Source of the DNA: Azolla caroliniana
Taxonomy: Eukaryota; Plantae; Polypodiophyta
Direction: 5' to 3'
Length of the DNA stretch: 64,000 nt
Assembly (NCBI GenBank): GCA_043228905.1
Contig: JBHGNT010000001.1
Location: 17,174,001-17,238,000 of the forward strand
Shown here: one piece after another, positions 9,693-20,944 of the stretch
Position numbering within the stretch: the first letter of the stretch is position 1
How the letters are laid out: each line of letters starts with the position of its first letter
Notes under the pieces: generated by a model
Databases searched by the model: none
What the model saw: the letters and a program-made list of their open reading frames with translations, nothing else
Told to the model about the DNA's origin: nothing
Program-made: the position numbers and the translations under genes

Positions 9693-10434
9693 TGTCGCGG
9701 AAATCCGCACGTGTGTGTTGGATAGGACGGGACCACGGGGGTCTTGCACTAGGGAGTAAGAGGAGGGAGAGAAGCTTGGGAGTTCAACCGAGAAGGAATA
9801 GAAAGGTTAAGATTTGAGAGATTAAGATTCAAGAGAATAAGATCTAAACAAGACAAGATACATTATGGATAGCACCACACCAATTACAACCATGGTCGTG
9901 TACACTGAATGTTAACCCTCTAAATGAAACCCTAACCGGATAGGGGAAATGAAGAAGAAGAATAAGAAGAAGACGAATGAAACCCCTAAAACGAGATCCT
10001 AAAACCCAAAATTCCGAAACCCTAATGGCAACCCAAAGAAACCCAAAAAAAGTGGAAGCCCCTCAAAAGTGACCCCTCACTCCCTTTTATAGTAATAAGG
10101 GGTGAGGCACATTACAAAAAGGAGTGGTCAAATCCCCTTTCTTTCAATGGAGAGTATTTGACCTCAATCTTATGATGTGAGATTGATGGGTCTTAACCCC
10201 CTCTCCTCTCACTGACATACTCAATGCCCACTACTCCCTACACCCATACTTCATGTGCCTCCCTCTAGTCTACAGAGTGCACATCACCTTTATACTTTTA
10301 CATCTTACTTTTCCTCCTTACATTTGTCTATTATTCCTATGTTACAATTTTCCTAAGTTCACATGCAATGTTGCACATCTTGTTTTATTCCTCTCGCTCG
10401 GGTTTTCTCACCATGGCTGAAAATCCTCACGACA
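9693..10434 (-). repeat. 5' LTR of the outer non-autonomous element
   Basis: Starts TGTCG and ends GACA on +; its right part is duplicated at 1-136; PBS adjacent. Confidence 0.85.
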
Positions 10435-11952
10435 ACGGTGCCAATGTCGTTGGTGTCAAGCATGAACATCCTCCCGTCCTGGCGCCCTTGCGCAATGATC
10501 TGACCCTCTTTCTCGATGAAGCACCCAAGATGTGTGAATCAAACTTGCATTCCCAAGTTGATGATGTGGACGACCAACACCAGGTTCTTTGTTATTGTCG
10601 GGACGTGCAACATGTTCATCAATCTCCCCTTTTGTCTGACATTACTTAAGGGGACTTCACCGACTTGTTCGATTGGGTGTGGAGTGTCGTCTCCGGTTTC
10701 GACCATTCCCAGTTGCTCCAGTTTCTCTAGATACGAGAACGATTCTTCATGGCTCGTCATATGGTTTGATGCTCCGGAATCAACGTACCACACCTCATCC
10801 GGTTGTGAGGTGGTCTTCTTCATTGAGTCGGCCTTGTGTTTCATCACGAAAGTTGGCCCCTTTCTAGTTTTTCCAGTTCTGGATCCTTCTTATCCTTCAG
10901 TGCAGTATGATTGCTGCAAGCTCCCTTGTTCGGTTTTGCCGGATCCGGATGCTTCTTATCCTTCAGCGTACTGTGATTGCTGCAAGCTCCCTTGTTCGGT
11001 TTTGCTGCATCCAGATTTGTCCGAATCAGCCTTCTTCTTCCAGCACTCACTCTCTTTGTGGCCCTACTTGCCACAATACCAGCATTCTGTGCTGGCCTTT
11101 GCTTGCCGGTTTCTGACACCGCCTTGACTCCCCCTCCTTGTGGAGGGTCCAAAATTGTTGTTGACACCACCTTTGTGCCTCCTTTCCTGCTCTTGTTGGT
11201 CACCTCCATTACGTTCCGATCCACCTCCATATTCAGCATCCAATTGTCTGATTGAGTAGTCCTTGACCCACTCACATGGTTTTCTTTGACCATCAGCATT
11301 GATTACAAGTCGAAGAAGGACAATGGCTTCTACCGTGTGCATACTCCTGTGTTAGACCACTAAGACAGATCTGTACCATCTCATCTTCGTCCACCATCAC
11401 ATTGATAGACCGTAGAGTGTCGCAGATCTCCTTTATTTTGGTGGTGTAGTCTATGATCGACATGTCCCTTTGCCGGATGTTGTTGAGCTCTTGCCGAAGC
11501 TGCAACTTTTGGGCCATGGTACTGGCGACAAAAATCTTTTTCAGATTTTCCCATGCCTCCTTTGACGTTTTTGCATCTCTGATATAGCTGAGCATTTGAT
11601 CGTGCACACAAGATGTGAGCCAGTACATCACTATGTTTGTCTCTTGTTCCCATACCGGGAAGTCCTTGTGTGTTGAATCCAGCGCTAATTCATTCGCTTC
11701 TTCGCCATAACTCTAGTAGTCGTGCCCTAGCAAGTACTAGTGCATCTTGTATGACCAAGATACGCAGTTGCTTCGGTCGAGCTTTTCTATAGGAAATGAG
11801 CTTGCCATGCTTCTATCCATATCTTTCTTCTTTCCCTCTGTTCTTTACTGGGTGTTAGGTTTTGGTTTGTCTGAGCTCTTCATCAACAACAGAGGATTCT
11901 CAACCCTTGCGCTCTGATACCATGTAAAGAATAGTGTGTGGAAGCTTGTAGA
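10435..11952 (-). mobile_element. Decayed Ty1/copia element 1 (LTR end, PBS, gag, protease), interrupted by the gypsy nest
   Basis: PBS TGGTATCAGAGC (tRNA-iMet) at 11911-11922; gag fragment 11293-11631; CWYCGK knuckle; protease WYVDSGASNHM; stops and frameshifts. Confidence 0.88.
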
Positions 11953-11980
11953 CACTGCAGAAAATGTGACCTCCTCTACT

Positions 11981-12142
11981 GAAAACCCTAAACTCTGCTC
12001 TGCACAAAACCCTAAACTCTGCTCTGTAGAAAAACTCTAAACTCTGTTCTGCAAAAAACACTAAACTCTGCTCTGCAGAAAACCCTAAACTCTGCTCTAC
12101 AGAAAACTCTAAACTTTGCTCTGCAAAAAAAACCTAAACTCA
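11981..12142 (+). repeat. 25-bp tandem minisatellite with telo-box core (AAAACCCTAAACTCTGCTCTGCAGA)
   Basis: About 6.5 units visible; a sister array lies at about 13890-14034. Confidence 0.9.
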
Positions 12143-12163
12143 GCTTTGATACTAGTTTGAAGG

Positions 12164-14747
12164 GTCTCATCAATTTGATTCTCAACTAATCCCAAAAATG
12201 TTCCAAACTTGTCGAGCACTTCATCCTTGCTACGAATAGGGTAAACCCATACCTTCCATGTAGCATCATCGACAAAAGTGACTAAGTATTTCTTTCCCCC
12301 TAATGATAGCCCTGGCATCTGTCATACATCTTAATGTACTAACTCAAGTGGGCACGACTTCAGCGAAAGAGACTTTTTATGAGATTTTTGTACATGTTTA
12401 CCATAAACGCAATGATCACAATGTTCAAAATCAGCATAACGAAGACATGGCAAGTAACCCAAACGAGACAATACTTTCATACCAGTTTCACTCATGTGTC
12501 CCAACCGGCCATGCCACAAAGAAACACTAGGTTGCTCGGTTATGGCAACAACATGGTCACTCACACTAGATACATGGAGAGGATACAAAGTATCACTTTT
12601 ACTACCCTTGGCAATAACTCTAGATCCCTTACAAATATTCCATTTCCCATCACCAAAGGTTGTGTGAAATCCATCATCATCTAATTGTCCTATGCTAATC
12701 AAGCTCTTCTTGAGTTGAGGTATATGTCGTACATGCTGAAGTGTGAAAGCAGAACCATGCGGAAACTGTAATTGCACAGTGCCAATACTTGCAATTTCAT
12801 ATGCATAGTTGTCCCCAAGATGGACAACACCATGTCGACCCCCTGTGTAATCTGAAAACCACTCATGATGAGGGGTGACGTGAAAAGAAGCACCGGAATC
12901 GAGTATCCAAGTGTGCATGTCACCATCCATATTTGCAAATAAAGCATGTTCTCTATGCCATGATGAACCAAAGAGTACATCATTTCCACTATCACTATCA
13001 TGAGTGACTACATTCACCTCTTCAATTTTATTATTGCTTTTCCTTGGTTGAATTTCTCTCTTTTCTTCTATGAAATCATCTATCTTCTTGCCCTTTCCTT
13101 TCTCTTTCTTCCATTTGAAACAATCACGTTTAAAGTGACCCACTGTGGCATTCTACATCTTTACCACGTGATTTACTACGGCCATAACTATCAAATTTGC
13201 CTCTCTGTTGTGCCTTACCCCTCATATGCAACACACTAGAGGACTTATTGGATGCATTGTTTTGCCGACTCATCTCTTCCATGAGTAGAGAACTCTCTAC
13301 ATCGACATAAAGAAGCATCGCATTTGAATTTCTCATAGCAGTCCTAAAAGTATCCCAACTTTCTTGCAAGGTGCAAAGTAAAAACGTGGCCTTAAACTCA
13401 TCATCAATGATGAATTTCAAAGCAACCAGCTGGCTGAAAATGGAATTGAACTCACTCAGGTGAGTTGACATGGGTGTGTCCTCTGTCATATGTAAATCCA
13501 TGAGTTTCTTAAGCTAGTAAACTTTGCTAGCTATCGACTTTTGGGCATACAGTTCCTCTAGTCTAGTCCATATAGAATAGGCAGAGTCCAAACTATTGAT
13601 ATTAAAAACCAAGGCATCAGAGATTGACAACTCAATAGTCGAGCGTGCAAGCTCTTTCAACTCTTGCTAATCATCTTGGTCCATATCTATAGGCTTTACC
13701 CCTTTGACTTTTATAGGCCTTGCATGCTTCTTTTGTAGTAGGATGTTGTAGCACTACTTTTTCAAAACCGCAAAGTTATGTGCACCCTCAAGCTTCTTGA
13801 TGTGCATAAGGTGGCTACTTTGACTTCTGCTATTCATGATTTTTTAGCCCAAATGGAGCACCAAACCTGCACTATAGAAAATGTGACCTGTTCTGCAGAA
13901 AAGCCTAAACTCTGCTCTGCAAAAAAACTCTAAACTCTGTTCTCCAAAAAACCCTGAACTCTACTCTACAAAAAACCCTAAACTCTACTCTACAAAAAAC
14001 TCTAAACTTTGCTCTGCAAAAAACCCTAAACTCAACTCTAATACCAGTTTGAAGGCAACACGAGGATTAGGGTTTAGGTCAAAAACAGAGAGGGAGAGAG
14101 TCTGAGTGAGAGACAAAGGGAGAGAGAGAGATGCACATTGTCTTGGGTACAAAGAGTGTACCTCTTTTTTGGTTTTTAGATATTATGTATATACAAGTCA
14201 AAAGTGTGCTACGAGTGCATTCACACTTCTGCACTAATAAAAGGCACGATGGCCCTTTATTCCCAACAGACACGACTAGCTCAGCCGGATAGCAACAAAA
14301 ATAGAACGAAGGTTTAATGAAAAGCTCAAAAAATACATAGAGAGACAGAGAGAGTATGCAAGAAAGACAGAGAGAGAACAGAACACAGAAAACTAAATTT
14401 CAAAATGATACTTTGTAAACTCTGTACATCGAATGTGCTCAGAGAGCACTTTTATACAAGTCCTTAAAGGACTGACAGAAGAATTGATATGTACTTCAAT
14501 GCTCATAAATGAGCAACTGACACTAACTCCTAAAACAATGCCTATCTACTAAGCTAGGATCGTAGGCCTCTAATGGCCTACCAGTTACACACTGATCCAA
14601 ACACTGATCCGATTCCCTCCGATCTGGATCTCCGTTCCGAACACTGATCCGGCTCTCCATTCCAGACCCTACCCGATCATTCTTCATCCGATCCAGCTCT
14701 CAGCTTGTCCAACCAATCCAACCCATGTTGCGCTTGTCCACTCAACA
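12164..14747 (-). mobile_element. Decayed Ty1/copia element 2 (5' LTR about 14050-14747, PBS, gag, PR, start of integrase), 3'-truncated
   Basis: Degenerate iMet PBS at about 14035-14046; gag 13130-13840; WILDSGASFHV; LWHGRLGHMS...CDHCVYGK; YLVTFVDDAT. The outer LTR boundary is tentative. Confidence 0.85.
13890..14034 (+). repeat. 25-bp telo-box minisatellite in the 5' UTR of copia element 2
   Basis: Same unit as 11981-12142; lies between PBS and gag. Confidence 0.88.
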
Positions 14748-14804
14748 AGAAGGAAAAAATTTCTCTCTCTCAACTTCTCTCTCTTGTCATCTCCCTCTCT
14801 CTCT

Positions 14805-17800
14805 TTTTCTTTTTTCTTTTTTTTTTCGTAAATCAATGTTTGTTATTAAAACAAGATGATAATATAACCCTTGCTATCTTCACTACTTCATAAATAGTGA
14901 TAGTGCAAGGGAAACCCTCTCAAGGGTTGTAAAACTAGATGATATAAGTCTATCTCCTCTTGGGACAACGTCCCCATATAACATAGTTGTGAAAATTGTC
15001 AAATCAACTTCCCTTTCATCCTACGTAGTTATTGCGTTACCTCATGAAGTCCATTAAACAAGAATCCATTTCTCATGGTCCAATTAAACCACATCTATCA
15101 TGGACACACCAAGCGTGGACTAGGACGGAGCACAGATGATGGGGCTACGAGCGATGGATGAACTTGGAGGTAGATGTGACAAGGCTAGGAACTCTAGATG
15201 TTGTGAGCGACATGAGGGCATGAAGACAAAAATAAAGATCAAGGAGACAAAGATGAGGCAAAACAAGAATACTAGATTGATGTGTCAATGACTGGTGTTA
15301 ATCCCTTGAAAGGGACCAGGGAGGTTACCAGTATTTATACAAGTTCTGAGATTGAATATCTCTAGAATATACCTAACAAATTATCTCTAGAATATACCCA
15401 TCTAGAATACACCATAGAATATTTCTATCTAATATACTAAAGCCTCAAGAATATTCTGGAATGTACTATCTACCAAAATAACAATACCACGTGCTCATAT
15501 CAAAATGGTTAGGCATGATATCTTATAGATATGACTTTGTATGTTCAATCCTCACTGACTACATATTTGATGTCAATGTGTCATGACATTATCCTCCCCT
15601 TTAGGCCACCTTTTCGAAAGCGTGGTGTATGGGTGGACGAGAATTGGAGCACCAACGAGAGTAACCAGATGTTGTCCTCGCTGGAGACTAGAATACCAAT
15701 GGACTTGAGCGGCCATGTACGATCCTCAACAGAGACTAGAACCCCAATGGGCGTGAGTGACCATGTGCGGTCCTCACAAGGAAAACGAACACCACCGGGC
15801 ATGAGAGACCATGTCGGTCCTCGCCGAGAGTTGGAACTGGAACACGAACGGACGTGAGCGACCATGCGGCCCTCACCGAGAACTGGAACAACAACAAGCG
15901 AAGGAGTGCAAGTGAAGCGGTCGACTCGACTTCTTCTATTATGAGAGGGTAAATATTCGAGGTTCACCCAAGACACAACACAAACGGTAGCGCTAACAAG
16001 AAACCCATGTGATCCCCACCAAGAAAATGAGCGGTTGTGACCCCCACCGAAACTAGAAGGTGAACGATCGAAATCGATCCTCTCCAACAAAAAGTGGCGC
16101 GAGACTTGAACTATAACGAAAATGCAGTGCAAGGGAGCAATGATCTTATCCCCACCAGCAAAGTGAGCGGTTGTGACCCCCATCGGAACTGGGAAGGTGA
16201 GCGATCGAAAGCCCTCCTCACCAAAATCGTGATGCAAAATGATACCTAAAAATGATGACAAGTAGTGTTGATGACGACAATGGTTGGGCCAACAGATGCT
16301 AAAAATGATGACGTCGAAGACAAGGATGTTGATGACGGTAACTCTGGAAGCAAGGAAGGTGATGATGGTAACTCTAGAAGCAAAGGCGATGACGAAGACG
16401 GGTGGTGCTCCTAGTTGGAAGGGATTCAAACTGTCACGGACACACCAAGCGTGGACTAGGACGGAGCACAAATGATGGGGCTACGAGTGACAGATGAACT
16501 TGGAGGTAGATGTGACAAGGCTAGGAACTCTAGATGTTGTGAGTGACATGAGGGTATGAAGACAGAAATAAAGATCAAGGAGACAAAGATGAGGCAAAAC
16601 AAGAATACTAGATTGATGTGTCAATGATTGGTGTTAAATCCCTTGAAAGGGACCAGGGAGGTTACTAGTATTTATACAAGTTCTGAGATTGAATATCTCT
16701 AGAATATACCCAACAAATTATCTCTAGAATATACCCATCTAAAATACACCATAGAATATTTCTATCTAATATACTAAAGTCTCTAGAATATTTTGGAATG
16801 TACTATCTACTAGAATAACAATACTAATCTTTTATACACAAGTACATGCTCATATCGAAATGGTTAGGCATGATATCTTGTAGATATGAGGTTGTAGTCA
16901 ATGTGTCGTGACAACATCGCTTTATCCACATCCATAAAAACCCATTTATAAGGTGACAAAATATTTTCTGTTATCGATGGCTAAATTTATGACATAATCA
17001 CCCAAATGGATTTAGCAACCGAACATGTAATGAACCTATGTTTGGCATCTTCTTCAACCACCGTACAGAAAAAACATGTCCCATTCGAAATATGTCTTCG
17101 TTTTAAGGTCATCACCAAAGGCAACCCACCAATTATGGCACGTCAAAGTAACACCTTTGCATGAAAAGGAAGATGAGACTCGCACAACTTTACATGTCGA
17201 GTAATGTGCTATGTATCCAAAACCTTATTTGCTAACCGAGCTCTATCTTCAACCAAATTATGGTACACATCATTAGTGTGCACCACATAAATCGATTTCC
17301 CAATACCAAATGACCAATCTTTCCATGGGTCCTCGACCACGAACTCTGGACTCGAGAAAACTAATCTAGGCAATGCCAATATTGATTGCCAAATATACCC
17401 ATATCCACGTGGTGTATGAAACTTATTTCTAATTGTCTGAAAGGCCATCATTTTTTTACGTGACGCTAAAATACCATCTTCCACAATTACCAAGCCTAGC
17501 CTTGCTATTCGATTGAACTATGAATATAGACTTTCTTTTCCATCCCAGTGTAATATCCTTGAAGCTGCCAACACCTCGTTGCCAATGAATTTATATCTTT
17601 TCTGCACTCATGAGGCCTCCAATTAAACAAATTCAAACATCGCTACCAAGAAAGCACCAATTGTTGAACCATAATAGATTCTGAACATTTAAATTGTCGG
17701 GTACTATTAACAACATGCCACAAGAAGTTGTAATTCTCGTTTTCCCATGGTATATACCAACCTTTTTCCACAAAATAACTAATTATTTCTGCCCAAGGTT

Positions 17801-18125
17801 GGGTACCTAAGCACATACCTTTCAAATGATTGAATCTTCGAGCCACCATATGATCTTCTAAATTTATTAAAGCAGCACCCCCTAACCGTTTTGGGGTACA
17901 AATATTGTTCCATGATACCCAACCCATACCAAGGTTTGTTTCTTTCTTCCATAGTGTATATTTAAGTGAACGAGCGAAATGATCAAGTGATTTCTTTGTC
18001 CACGGTAACAATGGCAAAAAATAAGAAATCATTGGAATCATTATAGCTTGTACCACTTTGAGACGAGTACTAAACGGCCATGCTTGAGACTTCCAATACA
18101 TAAAATTGTCCAAAATGATCACGTT
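14805..18125 (-). mobile_element. 5'-truncated decayed L1-type LINE (3' part of ORF2), interrupted by the element 15096-16913
   Basis: WVSWNNICTPKRLGG motif; zf-RVT-like CFFC...H...C at about 17030-17080; T-rich tail on + at 14805-14827. Confidence 0.75.
15096..16913 (-). mobile_element. Non-autonomous LTR element (large TRIM-like), probably Tcn1/chromovirus-dependent
   Basis: LTRs 15096-15588 and 16432-16913; TSD ACATC at 15091-15095 and 16914-16918; PPT AAAGGGGAGGATAA next to the left LTR; 843-bp interior without gag/pol. Confidence 0.9.
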
Positions 18126-18261
18126 GAACTCCCCTTGGGAGGGGAGTGGAGTTATTCTAGGCGCCGCCCCCCACCCCACAATATCTACACCCTCTTCACC
18201 ATCACCCCACCATTACCGTCGTATCATCACATCATTAACCCTAAACCTATAACACCTAACT

Positions 18262-19010
18262 ATCAACACTCGATGGGATGAGGGGTGTCGTCACCTGTTT
18301 CGACGACCCCCAGTTGTTCCAGCTTCTCGGGTTAAGAGAACCATTATTCATGGTTCATCATGTGGTTTGATGCGCCAGAATCCACATAATACCACACCTC
18401 CTTCAATTTCGAGGTGCGCATTGCCATCGAGTTGACTTTGTGCTTCATCACAAAGGTGGGTGCCATTCTGGCTCGCCCTGAGCCTTCGGCATAGTGCGAT
18501 CTTTGTCGTCTCCCTCCATCGACATGATTTGATTCGGCTCAGTCTGAATCCGATTTCTTTTTCCAATACTCGCTCTCTTTGTGATCCTTCCGGACACAAT
18601 ACCAACATCCAATGGGCTTTTCTTGCCGGTTCCCAGCACCACCCAACTCCCCCTACTCATGGAGGGTCAACTGTTATCGACATTCCCTCTATGCCTCTGA
18701 TTCGGCTCCTCTCGATTGCCTCCATTGCGTGCCAACCCACCTCATCCTCCACGACCACAAGGCCGAGCAGGTACTGCTTTGTACGAACAAGATGCATAAT
18801 TGCTCCTGTCAAGCTTTTCTGTCAAAAGTGAGCTTCCCATACCTCTGTCCATGTTCGTATCTTTTCTTCTTGGAAAGAAGAAAGCTTGTCTTTGTGCATG
18901 TTCGTGTGTTGGTTGCAGAGGATTCTTCTAACCCTCATGCTCTGATACCATGAAAAGATTACATATGCGCAAGCATTATGTGTGAACACAGTTGGCTCAG
19001 TCAGTCAACA
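18262..19010 (-). mobile_element. Internally deleted copia element 3 (relative of element 1)
   Basis: PBS TGGTATCAGAGC at 18939-18950; YVDSGASNHM remnant; 60-bp TG..CA-bounded LTR remnant at 18951-19010. Confidence 0.75.
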
Positions 19011-20600
19011 GAAAACAAACAGTTAGGTAAACACAACCGTCTATCCCATGAATCAGTGCACAACAGGAGTGCATGATGTCACCCCCCATGAGAGGTCTTT
19101 TGGGAAGAAGCTAGATTTATCTCACGTCAAGATATTCAGTTGAATTGCCTATGTAAATATTCCTGACGAGAAGTGACTCAAGCTCGATCCCAAGTCGGAA
19201 AAATGTATCCCCATAGGGTACTCACTCAAACAAAAGGGGTATAAGTGTTATAATCCATCTACACGAAAAGTTCGAGTGAGTCGGGACGTCATTTTTGACG
19301 ATTTAGCATCTTGGTATGAACCAAAGATGACTCTGACTCCGACTCCAACCCCAGTCGACCAAATTCGACTGACCAAGAGATAGACGATGACGTTCGATCA
19401 TGGCATACAACAAAACATAGCCATATTACGACTAGCCTTAGTGGGCCACAAGAGCCTCTAAGCGACCAAAGCACATCTCGATCAAGTCCAAAATTGGACA
19501 AAGGGAAGGCCAAAGTGCAGGAGTACGAAGATCCGGATGACAATGAATCAACTCATTCACTTGACAGTGAGTTTGAAGCCTTGATGCTAACATCATGAGG
19601 ACACGCGGAGCCAAGAAAGCCCTCACAATAGCAGGAGAAAAAACTCTGAAGTTCAACCCGCGAAAAGAATGTAGTCAGCCAATTCGGCTACAATGACTAC
19701 ATGGCATATCACTATGCCTTCATGATGAAGGTGGCATTAGTTCAGGAGCCAAAAAAAAATTTGAAGTAGCCAAGGATCCATGATGGGTTGAAGAATGAAC
19801 GAGGAGATGCAAGCGCTCTCCAAGAACGAGACATGGGATCTTGTCCCCCCTTCACCCCACCAAAAAGCAATCGGATGCCAGTGGATATACAAGGTGAAGC
19901 ACAATGACGTCACCGTCAATTAGTATAAGGGCTTGGCTTGTTGCAAAAGGGTATGCGCAGACACACAAGGTCAATTATGAAGAGACCTTTGCCCCAGTGG
20001 CAAAGATGGCTCTACCATTTGAACCATGATCGCGCTTGCAATAGCCAAAGGGTGACACCTCCACCAAATGGACATGAAGAACATCTTTCTTCGAGTAGAA
20101 TTAGATGAGCAGGTGTACATACTACAGTCTCCTGGCTCCAAGTCGATTAAGCATTTGACTATTGTATGCCAACTTAAAAAGCCTCTCTACGACCTCAAGC
20201 AAGCACCTAGAGGATCTGGACATTTCCATCAAACATTCAATCCTCCTATACTACAACAATATGAGAAATATCCACCTACCTGGCAACCCAGTCTTCCACA
20301 CTTGGACTAAGCACATCGAGGTGCACTACCATTTCATCCGAGAACATGTCATGGTCAGAGATGTCAACCTGCAACATATCAGCACCGACCTCCAAACGAC
20401 TGAAATCTTCACAAAGGCCCTGGGAGCCGACAAGTTGTGGTAGTTCACGATAAGCCTAGGTCTCTCGATGTTAGGAATAGTACTAAGACAGAGAAGTATT
20501 GTCAGGAACATAACTAAGACAGAGAAGGAATTAGTACTAAAAGATGAGGATTAGTACTAAAGGAGGTGTAGAACTCTCGAGAGAAGGAGAGAGAGAGAGA

Positions 20601-20644
<44 letters not shown>

Positions 20645-20867
20645 ATGATGATAACAAAAGATATATATTATGTTATGAGAATATACAATAGTAGTTAGGA
20701 GGCTTAAGACTAGCGTTGAACCAATTCGGTTCGAAATAATGTCTTATGCCTCCTTTTATAGTGTTCTCAAGAGTACTCTTGAAGTTTCTAGAATGTTCCA
20801 AAGAAATCTGGAATATCCATCAATTTCCTATAGTAAAAATTAAATGAAAATAATATCTTTCGTATTA

Positions 20868-20938
20868 CAACATATAGTCTAATGGTCAAGAGCTCGTCTC
20901 ATGTAACATAAGGTCATGAGTTCGACTCTTTCCATATC
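20868..20938 (+). other. tRNA-like Pol III cassette in chromovirus LTR U3 (copy at about 26137-26207)
   Basis: A-box TAGTCTAATGGT 20875-20886; AAGGTC variable-loop-like segment; B-box GAGTTCGACTC 20918-20928 (GGGTTCAAGTC in the other LTR). Confidence 0.65.
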
Positions 20939-20944
20939 ATGACA

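Larger units (their letters stand above)
1..10434 (-). mobile_element. Non-autonomous Ty3/gypsy-derived LTR element (3' LTR runs off the window); hosts the nested element 504-7844
   Basis: 1-136 matches 10299-10434 (both end CTCACGACA on +). 5' LTR 9693-10434 is TG..CA bounded. PBS at 9672-9689 matches the plant tRNA-Trp 3' end at 17/18. PPT-like GGGGGTGGA at 137-145. The interior has only a degenerate gag and no RT/INT. Confidence 0.85.

Noticed and set aside
11981-12142. CRISPR-like array or interstitial telomere
   Set aside because: Units are contiguous with no unique spacers, and only one telomere motif occurs per 25-bp unit; eukaryotic TE minisatellite.
14270-14330. TAGCTCAGCCGGATAG A-box-like motif in the copia 2 LTR
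   Set aside because: No convincing B-box or T-arm at the right distance, so it is not counted among the tRNA-like cassettes.
18282-18315. GC-rich hairpin followed by CCAGT resembling a Helitron 3' end
   Set aside because: It aligns with copia coding sequence at about 10672-10720 (VETGDDTPHPIE), so it is part of the copia remnant.
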